Made by a program: the position numbers and the translations under genes. A DNA stretch of 64,000 bases, taken from contig JBOGMZ010000007.1 of assembly GCA_050746945.1 (NCBI GenBank), positions 118,130 through 182,129 of the forward strand, given 5' to 3'. Below the pieces are notes generated by a model that saw only the letters and a list, made by a program, of their open reading frames with translations, was not told the origin of the DNA and did not search any database. Numbering within the stretch: position 1 is the first letter of the stretch; the number at the start of each line of letters is the position of its first letter. Below, in pieces: positions 41,089 through 50,007 of this stretch. The stretch comes from Candidatus Acidiferrales bacterium. GTDB lineage: Bacteria; Acidobacteriota; Terriglobia; Acidiferrales; UBA7541.

Positions 41089-41334
41089 GTTTTCTCCTCA
41101 AGAGGATTTCTCGGCGCCGGCTCCGCATCGCATCGCCGGGGACTCTCCGCCGCGCACCGCGGCGGGCGGGAAACCTGCGGAGTCAATCGCCTGCATGAGT
41201 TGGATACGCTGGGGTTGTTAAAGGTGGATGAAAGCGGGGTGAAAACTGGCCGCGCGCGAAGAATTTCCTCGCCCAGGCGCCTCCTCGCCTGCCATCAAAC
41301 AGTCATAAGTTAGCGGCGCAGAAGCCCTGGAAGT

Positions 41335-42636
41335 TTACAGAGACTTCAGGAACTCGATAATGTCGTCCTGCTCGGGCCGTTTCAGTTTTTCAAATTTCTT
41401 GATGACATGAGTAGCCTCGCCGCTATGCCGGGTGATGGCGTCGAGCAGCGTCAAAGAAGCGCCGTCATGCATCAAGCGCGGACGCAAGCGGACTCCCCAC
41501 AAGGGGGCCGTGCGAATCTTGTTGCGGCTGCTCTCGAAGTCTTGTTTCGACATATAGTCGGACATCTGGTCGAAAACCTTGCGTCCGTAGTGCTCGGGCG
41601 TGGCCTGCAAGATCCCATCTCCGGTGCCCACGTCGTGCATCAGGAAATCTCCGTACGGATGAAAGGTGACCGAGCCGAGCGCAGCAGGAACTGTAAACGT
41701 GCCGCCATTGATTTTTGTTCCAGCGGGAGCGGTTGTCAGCGTTTCGACATGGCAGGTGGCACAACCGGTCTTTTCGAAAAGGGTGAGGCCCTTCATGGCA
41801 GCCGGGCTTCCAGCGAGCTGAGCATCGCGCGCAGGCGCCTTGGTGGCGCGAATGAAGCGGGCGAAATGGTCAATGTCGGAAAGCCCGTCCGGCCCAGGCG
41901 TATCATTGGGCTCGGAGACGGTGTTGCAGAGACTGGTTACCTCATTCGGTTGGAGCCGGCTTGTGATCCCCATTTCATTGAGGTACGCGTCTCCGGCGAA
42001 GGACAACAGGCTGGCGTGCTGATCTTTCCAGCCGAAGCGGCCTACACCCATCTGTCCAGGCGCCTCCACGATGGGAACATAGAGGATTTGGCCGCAGATT
42101 TTTTCATGAGTGGACTTGCACTGTTGTCTGGCAAGATCAACCTGAGTTTGATCGGCAACGGCCTCGACGAACCCATCTCCCAAAAGGTTCAGCGAGAGAC
42201 GAAACGTACGGATCGTTTCGGTCTCTGGAACGCGTTCCTGAATTTCCTTGTCGGGGAAAGCGGCGTTGGGGCAGATGGCACGGTCATTGACCAGTGAACG
42301 GCCGGCGATCACCTCGGCTCCGTGCGCGATGGGGATCCTTGGAGTTTGGAAGTGTCCGCCCGGCCCCTGATGGCCGACGCGCAATTCAGTAACCTGAGAA
42401 GCGGCGCCGGACACTGGATTCTGGTGGCATTCGCGGCAGGACTGCGCGTTGTACAGCGGCCCAAGGCCGTCGCTTAGCTGCTCGGTCTCGTCGAATTTCA
42501 CCTGGTCGGCCTGGTGCGTTGCATCATCGACCATGCCGTTGGATTTATTGTCAAAGCCCGTTGGTGCGTCTGGAATTTGCGTATTGGCTGAGAGTAGGGC
42601 AAAACTTAGAGCGGCCGCTGCGATGAAGATCTTCAT
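41335..42636 (-). CDS. Exported dihaem c-type protein of the DUF1111 (putative thiol oxidoreductase/peroxidase) family
   Basis: Two CxxCH motifs (CRECH, CATCH). Start moved to MKIFIAAAALSFALLSANTQ (signal peptide), preceded by GAGGAGGAAG; the track ORF begins at 42747. Confidence 0.82.
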   Translation of the reverse strand: MKIFIAAAALSFALLSANTQIPDAPTGFDNKSNGMVDDATHQADQVKFDETEQLSDGLGPLYNAQSCRECHQNPVSGAASQVTELRVGHQGPGGHFQTPRIPIAHGAEVIAGRSLVNDRAICPNAAFPDKEIQERVPETETIRTFRLSLNLLGDGFVEAVADQTQVDLARQQCKSTHEKICGQILYVPIVEAPGQMGVGRFGWKDQHASLLSFAGDAYLNEMGITSRLQPNEVTSLCNTVSEPNDTPGPDGLSDIDHFARFIRATKAPARDAQLAGSPAAMKGLTLFEKTGCATCHVETLTTAPAGTKINGGTFTVPAALGSVTFHPYGDFLMHDVGTGDGILQATPEHYGRKVFDQMSDYMSKQDFESSRNKIRTAPLWGVRLRPRLMHDGASLTLLDAITRHSGEATHVIKKFEKLKRPEQDDIIEFLKSL

Positions 42637-42923
42637 TAGCTCTTCCTCCTCGAGCGGATTGAGGGCTGGGCAAGATCGTAAATACCACTTTGCGCGCTTG
42701 CGGAAAAGCCCGAAGAACATGGCGGCTGCCCAAATCAGCAAGATCAATGGGTTTTGGGGTATGGGAACTTCTTCCCCTGGGGCACCCCGGGAGCAACCGG
42801 GTTGGGGCCTTCAATACCATCCACCACCTCGCTAGCCTGCATTCGAAGGGCCGGATGGAAATTTCATTCACACAGGTGTAACATACCGCCTCCCTCCCTG
42901 TTCTCCGACAGGTTGGAGATTCC

Positions 42924-43829
42924 ATGGCACACTCAATTCCTATTTCTAATAGTGGTACGGGTAAACGCATTGGCCTGGAAGCCTGGATGGAGCGCGTCCT
43001 GGAGAAGGCGGATGAAGCGCGGCACGGCTGGGATGCCGATGCCGTCCACGACCTGCGCGTGGCGCTGCGCCGCTGCCGGACGATGGCGGATGCGTTGAGC
43101 GAAGTGAATCCCGGGCCGGGCTGGCGGAAGCTGAAGAGGGCGAGCCGGGGCTTATTTAACAAGCTGGGACTTCTGCGGGACACGCAAGTGGAGAAGGAAT
43201 GGGTGAGGAAGCTGGGGGCGCCGGACAATCCAATTCGCCGCTACATGCTGCGGGCGCTAAGCGCCGAAGAGCGCCGGCAACGAGATGAAGCCGCGCGGGC
43301 CTTGGGCAAATTTGAGCGGAAGGAGTGGCGGAAATCGTCGAAGCACTCGGCAGAGATGGCGCACTTTTTCCCGGTCGAAAGCGTGGTTTTTCAGCGGCTG
43401 GCGCTAAGCAGCCTGAATGAAGCTGTGGAACTTCATAGGCGCGCGCGAAAAAGCAGGAGCCGAATCGCCTGGCACCGGTTGAGGATTGGGCTGAAGCGGT
43501 TCCGCTACATCGTCGAGAATTTTCTGCCGGCGCGATATGAAGCATGGGGCCAGGATTTGAGCCACATGCAGGATTTGCTGGGCGACGTCCACGACCTGGA
43601 TGTGCTGCGCACGGAAATCCGCCGGCGATGTGCCGAGCGCGACCCCGCGGCGGTGGCCGCGTGGCTCGAGAAAATCGAGAGCGAGCGGAAGATGAGGCTC
43701 GAGGAATTCCGCGCGAAAACCAACGACAAGGAGTTTCTTTGGCTTGCCTGGCGCGGCGGCCTTCAGGGAGGAAATAGAATCCAAGCCGTCTCTCTTATTG
43801 ATGTCCAGAAGAGTTATTCCGCCAGTTGA
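42924..43829 (+). CDS. CHAD-domain protein (polyphosphate-granule associated family)
   Basis: 301 aa, helical, with repeated conserved His/Arg motifs (VHDLRVALRRCR, WHRLRIGLKRFRY, DVHDLDVL) typical of CHAD. Confidence 0.85.
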   Translation: MAHSIPISNSGTGKRIGLEAWMERVLEKADEARHGWDADAVHDLRVALRRCRTMADALSEVNPGPGWRKLKRASRGLFNKLGLLRDTQVEKEWVRKLGAPDNPIRRYMLRALSAEERRQRDEAARALGKFERKEWRKSSKHSAEMAHFFPVESVVFQRLALSSLNEAVELHRRARKSRSRIAWHRLRIGLKRFRYIVENFLPARYEAWGQDLSHMQDLLGDVHDLDVLRTEIRRRCAERDPAAVAAWLEKIESERKMRLEEFRAKTNDKEFLWLAWRGGLQGGNRIQAVSLIDVQKSYSAS

Positions 43830-43864
43830 CGAAGCCCTCCTACGGCGGGCTCGCGAAGTGACTC

Positions 43865-44359
43865 CTAAGACGAGAGCTGGCGGAGCATCTTCGGCGTTGC
43901 CACCCACTGAAGCTCCCATTTCCCATGCGAAGCTGCGTGCTCGAAGCAGGCCACCCCGGCCTTCTTGAGCGAAGTGAAAACGCCGCGAGCGCCAACCATC
44001 TGATAAATCATCTGGTCGAGATGCGGAGCGTGCCCGAAGCACATCACTTCTTTGGCGCGCAGCCGCGCGATTTCCTTTAACGCTTCCGTGGGATTTCCAC
44101 CGGGCTTGAGCGCGTCGCTGGCGCGGATTTTTTCCGGCGCGAATTCCAAAGCTTCGGCAAAAATTTCGGCGGTCTGCGCTGCGCGTACATAGGGGCTGGT
44201 GATGAGCACGTCGGGCTTGACGCGCATGGCGCGGAGGCCGAGCGCCGCGGCGCGCGTTTTCTGCACGCCCTTTGCCGTGAGCGGTCGTTCGGATTCGGGC
44301 GGCGATTTGGGGTCGGTGGGATCAACGGCGATGCCGTGACGCACGAGATAGAGAATCAT
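43865..44359 (-). CDS. sixA: SixA-type histidine phosphatase
   Basis: 164 aa with MILYLVRHGIAV (RHG catalytic motif), a later GHAPHL, and SixA size. Confidence 0.88.
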   Translation of the reverse strand: MILYLVRHGIAVDPTDPKSPPESERPLTAKGVQKTRAAALGLRAMRVKPDVLITSPYVRAAQTAEIFAEALEFAPEKIRASDALKPGGNPTEALKEIARLRAKEVMCFGHAPHLDQMIYQMVGARGVFTSLKKAGVACFEHAASHGKWELQWVATPKMLRQLSS

Positions 44360-44362
44360 GGC

Positions 44363-45922
44363 TTACGCGACCTTCTCTTTCCGCTGAGCGCGGCGAAATT
44401 CAGTTTTCAAGTGGAATTCCTGCTCGAACAGCTTGGCCTTGCGCTCGAGCCCCGCGAGGTCCAGGCGAATCCCATCGGCGGCACGAACGATGAAGATGGC
44501 CTTGTGGCCTGCGATTTGCACATCTACTCCTGCAACGCGCTGGGCGTGCTCGGACTCGAGCTTTTCGGCGATGCGCAGCAGCGATGAAAGCAGGCGAGCC
44601 TGGCGGCGTCGGGGGCCGTCGAGCGCGGCGTAAGATGCGTGCTCGATCTGCGGATCGGATTTGCAATTGTGGTAGCGGACGAGCGCGGCAGACATATCGC
44701 GCCGCCAGCCGCGCAGGCCGGGAATTTCGCCGTTGCGAATCAGGTATTCACCGTGGCGGTGATGCGATTTGCGATGCACAAAGTGCCCGATGTCGTGTAG
44801 CAGGGCGCCGATTTCAAGCACGAGGCGCAGTTCCGATCCCATCTCGTGGAGCGGGCGCAATTGGTCGAAGAGCGAGAGCGCCAGGCGCGCCACCTGCTCG
44901 GCGTGCTGTGGATCGTAGTCGAGCCGGCGCGCGAACCAGCGGACGCCCGCGAGCAATTCCGCTGCGCGGCCCTTTTCTTCCTCCGACGAATGGCCGGCGG
45001 AATATTGCTGCGAGAGAAGGTCGAGCAGGATGCCTTCGCGGACGCCGACGCCGGGGACGAGCATGGTGCGCACGTCCAGCCACTTCGCGAGCGTGGTGAT
45101 GATGATGGCCGCGATTCCCATCACTTCGGCGCGATCTTTTCTCACGCGGAAAACTCTCATGCGGCCGGGAACGTCGAGGCCGAGGAGGCGCCAGGTCTGA
45201 TCGCGCAGCAAGCGGACATTGATTGTAGGCGTTCGTTCGACCATCGGGCCGGAGGCGAGGCGAACGAGAGCCTCGGCGTTGCCGCCGCAAGCCACGGCAA
45301 TCGAGCGCGAAAGCTTTGGCGGCGAGGGCAGGGCGCTGCGCAGAAGCGAGAGAATGTGATGACGCAGGCGGCTGGCATTATCCTCGTCAATCGCGCCTTC
45401 GATGGAATAAGTTTCCATCAGGCGGATTGTTCCGAGCGGCAGGGCAATGCGGTTTTCCAGCACACCGCGCTGGAAAAAATTCAGTTCCAGGCTGCCGCCG
45501 CCGAGATCGAAAATCATCCGGGGCTGAAGACTCTCACCCAGCGCGCACTGCACCGCAGAGCAAACCAGCCTGGCCTCTTCCTCGCTGCTGATGACTTCGA
45601 GCTCGATCCCGGTCTTGCGCTCGATCCGCTCCATCAAGCGCCGGTAATTGCGCGCTTCGCGGGCGGCGGCCGTCGCGACGGCGCGATAGGCGGTTACATG
45701 GTGGCGGTCCATGCGATCACGAAAATCGCGAAATGCGCGAGCCGCGCGGGCGATTGTTTTTTCGTCGAGCAAGCGGCGGGTGAAAGCGTTGTGGCCGAGG
45801 CGCACGGCAGCACGTTCGCTATCCAGTATTTGAACTTCGTGGGGAGACGTGGCGCGCGCGATCGCCAGGCGAATCGCGTTCGAGCCAGCGTCAATCGCTG
45901 CCAGTTGGACGGGAGCGGCCAC
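44363..45922 (-). CDS. ppx: Ppx/GppA-family phosphatase with a C-terminal HD domain (exopolyphosphatase / pppGpp phosphohydrolase)
   Basis: ASKHA-fold motifs AAIDAGSNAIRL and DLGGGSLE, then an HD region (LLHDIGHFV). GTG start 2 nt after the stop of the upstream tmk-like gene. Confidence 0.9.
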   Translation of the reverse strand: MAAPVQLAAIDAGSNAIRLAIARATSPHEVQILDSERAAVRLGHNAFTRRLLDEKTIARAARAFRDFRDRMDRHHVTAYRAVATAAAREARNYRRLMERIERKTGIELEVISSEEEARLVCSAVQCALGESLQPRMIFDLGGGSLELNFFQRGVLENRIALPLGTIRLMETYSIEGAIDEDNASRLRHHILSLLRSALPSPPKLSRSIAVACGGNAEALVRLASGPMVERTPTINVRLLRDQTWRLLGLDVPGRMRVFRVRKDRAEVMGIAAIIITTLAKWLDVRTMLVPGVGVREGILLDLLSQQYSAGHSSEEEKGRAAELLAGVRWFARRLDYDPQHAEQVARLALSLFDQLRPLHEMGSELRLVLEIGALLHDIGHFVHRKSHHRHGEYLIRNGEIPGLRGWRRDMSAALVRYHNCKSDPQIEHASYAALDGPRRRQARLLSSLLRIAEKLESEHAQRVAGVDVQIAGHKAIFIVRAADGIRLDLAGLERKAKLFEQEFHLKTEFRRAQRKEKVA

Positions 45923-45924
45923 TC

Positions 45925-46746
45925 TTAGCGCCAGAGGTGCGACAGGGCGTGCGAAGGCTGGTAGTGCGTGCTCCGGATTCCGAGATGCGACGCGATCCGC
46001 TTGCGGAGCACCCGGTTCACCTCGGAGACGCTACCTTCGCCGTCCAACTCGATGAAGCCGTGCCTTTTCGAAAGATATTCGAACTCGCGCTTGATCAATG
46101 ATTGATAACGGATGAACGACTGAAAAAGATCGTTCGAGAGCGACATATCGCGCCCGGATTCCCAGTAGCTGATGGTGTGAGCTTTTTTGAACTCGCGGTC
46201 AAACGCGATTTCCGGCCGCACATTCAACCAGAACGTAAGATCCGGCCGCAAAGCCATCTCATAAATTCCATGAAGATAGTCGCGGCTGATTCCACGCACG
46301 GCGGAACGCGCGATGAGCGTGAAGATGTAGCGGTCTGCGAGCACAATCAATCCGGACCGCAGGGCAGGCAGAATCCGCCGCTCGACTTGGTCGAACAAAT
46401 CTGTACTGTACATCAGCGAAAGCGTCGTCCGCGTGACGGCGTTTTCCGCCATCAATGCGTCAATGTCTTCGCCCACCAGGAACGAGCGGCGCAGGCCCAT
46501 CGTCTGCACGGCAAAGCCCTGGGCTTCGAGCCATTCCGTGAGCAGGGAGATTTGCGTGGACCGGCCGGAACCGTCGGTGCCCTCGAGGACAAACAAAGTC
46601 CCGCTAAGCTCTTCCAGCTTTACGCCGGGCAGAGGCGTCCCGTAAAAACGTGAAGGAGGTTCTGGTCGCGCCAATTTCGAGCCCTTCCTCGCGGGGCGGC
46701 CATTGGGCGAAAGGCTTGCCGTGTTGGTTTTATTCGCGTGTGTCAT
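45925..46746 (-). CDS. Thymidylate-kinase-like P-loop protein, paralogue B (Walker A lysine replaced: GSGRST)
   Basis: 273 aa with LFVLEGTDGSGRSTQ where Tmk has GxGKST/T. The DRY motif is kept (LADRYIFTLIARS). There is an N-terminal extension of about 55 aa. ATGA overlap with paralogue A. Confidence 0.8.
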   Translation of the reverse strand: MTHANKTNTASLSPNGRPARKGSKLARPEPPSRFYGTPLPGVKLEELSGTLFVLEGTDGSGRSTQISLLTEWLEAQGFAVQTMGLRRSFLVGEDIDALMAENAVTRTTLSLMYSTDLFDQVERRILPALRSGLIVLADRYIFTLIARSAVRGISRDYLHGIYEMALRPDLTFWLNVRPEIAFDREFKKAHTISYWESGRDMSLSNDLFQSFIRYQSLIKREFEYLSKRHGFIELDGEGSVSEVNRVLRKRIASHLGIRSTHYQPSHALSHLWR

Positions 46747-47516
46747 TTCTTCTTTGCAGTCTTTTTCGGCGCAAACTGGCCGAGATCAATCCGCTCGCCG
46801 ACGATCTGGCGCATCAACTTCTGAAGCTTGTTCACGCGAACGGTTCCGTCCATCAGGATGAAATGATCCGTTTCAATCATTTGATCGTAATTGCCCAAAA
46901 TTCGTTCCTGGAAAATGCGGAAACTCTCGGCGCGATCGAGCGAGATTCCCAGGTCCATGCCGGCCTCGTAGTATTTCAGTTTGGGCCTGCCGGCGACAAT
47001 GCGATTGACGGCCACGTCTAGCGGCGCACGAAAATAAAATGTGATGTCGGGGATGGGCGCAAAACTGTAAAGGTTTCGCAACCAGTGTGGGGAGCAGCCA
47101 CGCGCGGCGTCGCGCGCGAAGGCAGTGTAAATATAGCGGTCGGCCAGGACCAGATAGCCGCCGTGCAGCAACGGCAGGATCTGCCGCTCGCAGCGATCAG
47201 CGAAATCCGCAGCATGCAGTAGGGAAAATGTGGCTGGAGTAAGCAGGCGCCGCTGCTTCCCGCGTCGCGTGGCGGATTTCACCAACGGCGAGGAATTCCA
47301 TTCCGTAAAGTGGATGCGGTAGCCCCCGATTTCGAGCCAGCGCTTCAGCAGGTAGAGCTGCGTGCTCTTTCCCGAACCATCGATACCCTCGACGACCACA
47401 AGCGCGCCGGGATATTGGCGCTTCGGTGCGGGCAACTTCTCCGGACCCGTGTCTTCAGTGGCAGGAATGTTGGGCAGCACAGTAGCCATGCGGAATGCAC
47501 TCGGATGCAAACGCAT
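46743..47516 (-). CDS. Thymidylate-kinase-like P-loop kinase, paralogue A (canonical Walker A)
   Basis: 257 aa with LVVVEGIDGSGKSTQ and LADRYIYTAFARD. An alternative start (MATVLPN) lies at 47489. Confidence 0.8.
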   Translation of the reverse strand: MRLHPSAFRMATVLPNIPATEDTGPEKLPAPKRQYPGALVVVEGIDGSGKSTQLYLLKRWLEIGGYRIHFTEWNSSPLVKSATRRGKQRRLLTPATFSLLHAADFADRCERQILPLLHGGYLVLADRYIYTAFARDAARGCSPHWLRNLYSFAPIPDITFYFRAPLDVAVNRIVAGRPKLKYYEAGMDLGISLDRAESFRIFQERILGNYDQMIETDHFILMDGTVRVNKLQKLMRQIVGERIDLGQFAPKKTAKKK

Positions 47517-47593
47517 ATCATACTTCTGAACTGTGAATGCATGATGAAAAAAGTGTTACGCGTCTTCCGGATCATCCCTCAGCTATAGGTGCC

Positions 47594-47638
47594 ATATCGC
47601 GAGGTATGCGATCTTCCCCGAAAGCGATATTCTTCCCG
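47594..47638. promoter_or_regulatory. Three GCGAT-core motifs (ATATCGC, GCGATCT, GCGATAT) in the divergent tmk-like/ppk2 promoter region
   Basis: Read directly. ATATCGC (47594-47600) is the exact reverse complement of GCGATAT (47624-47630). GCGATCTTCCCCG and GCGATATTCTTCCCG form a direct repeat spaced 16 bp apart. The confidence value refers to a regulatory role. Confidence 0.25.
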
Positions 47639-47682
47639 CTCAGGCGCCCAGGCCGGGTATTCAGGCGGGTAAAGGCGGTCCG

Positions 47683-48498
47683 ATGGGAACGAATTTCAGT
47701 AAGAAGCTGATGGTTAAGCCGGGCAAGAAAGTGGATTTGTCGGATTGGGATGCGAACGACACGCTTGGCTGGCACAAGGACGGCAAGATGGAGAAAAGCC
47801 TCGAGAGCGCCATCGGCAAACTCGACGGGCTTCAATATTTGATGTACGCCGAGGGGAAGCGCGCGTTGCTGCTAGTCCTTCAAGGGCTGGACGCGGCCGG
47901 CAAGGACGGCACGATCCGGCACGTCATGTCCGGCGTGAATCCGCAAGGCTGCCGCGTGACTTCATTCAAAACGCCTTCCGCGGAAGAGATGGCGCACGAT
48001 TTTTTGTGGCGCATCCACGCGGCCGTTCCTAAGGTGGGTGATTTCGGAGTATTCAACCGCTCGCACTACGAAGGCGTGCTGGTGGTGCGCGTCCACAATC
48101 TCGTGCCGAAGGAGATCTGGTCAGCGCGCTACGACCAGATCAACGAATTTGAGCAAATCCTCGCGGAGAATAATGTGCTGATACTGAAATTCTTCCTGCA
48201 TATCAGCAAGGATGAGCAGAAAAAGAGATTTTTTGAGCGGCTCGACGATCCAAAGAAACAATGGAAGCTTTCCGAGGCAGATTTCAACGAACGAAAGTAT
48301 TGGGATGACTACACGAAGGCTTATGAGACGGCCTTGAGCCGATGCAGCAAGCGGCACGCGCCCTGGTTTATCATCCCTTCGAACAAGAAATGGTTCCGCA
48401 ATCTGGCGGTCTCTCACATCCTCGTCGAGACGCTGGAGGATTTGAAGATGAAGACTCCGCCGCCTTCGATTGACATCAAGAAATTGAAGTGGCGATGA
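47683..48498 (+). CDS. ppk2: Polyphosphate kinase 2 family protein (single-domain PPK2)
   Basis: 271 aa with the PPK2 Walker A (LQGLDAAGKDGTIRHV), FLWRIH, FNRSHYE and a lid region. Confidence 0.92.
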   Translation: MGTNFSKKLMVKPGKKVDLSDWDANDTLGWHKDGKMEKSLESAIGKLDGLQYLMYAEGKRALLLVLQGLDAAGKDGTIRHVMSGVNPQGCRVTSFKTPSAEEMAHDFLWRIHAAVPKVGDFGVFNRSHYEGVLVVRVHNLVPKEIWSARYDQINEFEQILAENNVLILKFFLHISKDEQKKRFFERLDDPKKQWKLSEADFNERKYWDDYTKAYETALSRCSKRHAPWFIIPSNKKWFRNLAVSHILVETLEDLKMKTPPPSIDIKKLKWR

Positions 48499-48617
48499 GC
48501 GCTCGATGGGCGAATGAGAATTTCTGTTTGAATCCCCCGACTTCATGCGTAAGCTCTTGCGCGGATGTCCGAGAGTGCGCGCGCGATCAGGCCATTCAGC
48601 AGAACCCGAATAAATTC

Positions 48618-49988
48618 ATGACCGACGAAGCTGTTTTTCCTCGAAGTTTCTTGAAGCCGTATCCGCGCGCGGTACGCGGCGAGGGATGCTTTGTTTTCAC
48701 TTCGGAGGGCCGGCGCTATCTGGATGCGTCGGGAGGCGCGGCCGTAGTGACGATTGGCCACGGCGTCGAAGAAATTGCGCGAGCCATGGCAGAGCAAGCC
48801 GCTCAACTCGCGTATGTGCACTCCTCACAATTCCATACCGCTGTAACGGATCAACTCGCGGAGCGAATTCTGGCACTGGCCCCGCGCGGCATGCGCACAG
48901 GCGGGCGAGTATATTTCACGTCCGGCGGGTCCGAGGCCACCGAGACGGCGCTGAAGCTTGCGCGGCAATATTGGCTTGAGCGCGGCGACAAAAAGCGATG
49001 TCGCGTCGTTTCGCGCCGGCAGAGTTATCACGGAACCACGCTTGGAGCTCTCTCAGTTTCAGGAAATACGCGGCGACGCGAACCATTTGCGCCGATGCTC
49101 TCCGAATGGGGGCACATCCACCCGTGCTTCTGCTATCGCTGCCCGCTCGGGCTCCAGTATCCATCCTGCAACGTGGACTGCGCTGATGAGCTTGAGCGAC
49201 TGCTCGAGCGCGAGGGATCGGAAGAGGTCGCAGCCTTCATTTTCGAGCCTGTTGTGGGAGCAACCCTGGGAGCCGTGGCGCCTCCGGAGGGATACGTCCA
49301 GCGAATCGCCGATATTTGCCGCCGCCACGGAATTCTACTCATTGCGGATGAGGTGATGAGCGGGATGGGCCGTACCGGTAAGCCTTTTGCGGTGGAGCAT
49401 TGGGGCGTGACGCCGGACATGATCCTGGTGGGGAAAGGAATCGCGAGCGGCTACGCGCCGCTGGGAGCTGTGATCGTCGCGGGACAAGTGGTACAGGCGA
49501 TTTCGCGGGGCACCGGCACGTTCCTGCATGGTTTTACTTACAATGCTCATCCCGTAGCCGCTGCGGCCGGGAACGCCGTGCTCGACTACATCGAGCGCGA
49601 GAAATTGTTTGAGCGCGTCGAGCCCGCGGGACAACAATTGCGCACCGCGCTCGAGCCTCTGCTGAAATATTCCGTTGTGGGCGACATTCGTGGCATGGGT
49701 CTGCTTTTCGGCATCGAGTTGGTACACAACGCGAAGACGCGCGAGCCATTTCCGCCCGACGCGCAAATCGCCTCGCGGATTCAGGCGGATGCGTTCGAGG
49801 CGGGGCTGATTACCTACCCGATCCAAGGTTGCGCCGACGGGGCGCGCGGTGATCACATCCTGCTGGCTCCGCCCTTCACCATCACGACGAAAATGACTGA
49901 AATGATTGCCGCCGGGCTCGACCATGCGATCGCAGACCTTGAAAAGTCGCACCTCGCGGGTACAGGAGGCTCCTCTGCGCGGGCGTGA
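48618..49988 (+). CDS. Class III (omega-type) PLP aminotransferase
   Basis: Start moved to the internal ATG (MTDEAVFPRSF). Motifs FTSGGSEATETALKLAR and ADEVMSGMGRTGK are typical of the Aminotran_3 family. Confidence 0.9.
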   Translation: MTDEAVFPRSFLKPYPRAVRGEGCFVFTSEGRRYLDASGGAAVVTIGHGVEEIARAMAEQAAQLAYVHSSQFHTAVTDQLAERILALAPRGMRTGGRVYFTSGGSEATETALKLARQYWLERGDKKRCRVVSRRQSYHGTTLGALSVSGNTRRREPFAPMLSEWGHIHPCFCYRCPLGLQYPSCNVDCADELERLLEREGSEEVAAFIFEPVVGATLGAVAPPEGYVQRIADICRRHGILLIADEVMSGMGRTGKPFAVEHWGVTPDMILVGKGIASGYAPLGAVIVAGQVVQAISRGTGTFLHGFTYNAHPVAAAAGNAVLDYIEREKLFERVEPAGQQLRTALEPLLKYSVVGDIRGMGLLFGIELVHNAKTREPFPPDAQIASRIQADAFEAGLITYPIQGCADGARGDHILLAPPFTITTKMTEMIAAGLDHAIADLEKSHLAGTGGSSARA

Positions 49989-50007
49989 TCGGAGTGCTCG
50001 CGGCCTT

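Noticed and set aside
44846-45928. 360-aa plus-strand ORF antisense to ppx (and 44584..45099, 44814..45290)
   Set aside because: It is antisense or out of frame relative to the Ppx/GppA gene, which shows the ASKHA and HD motifs. The translations are Arg/Ala/Gly-rich.
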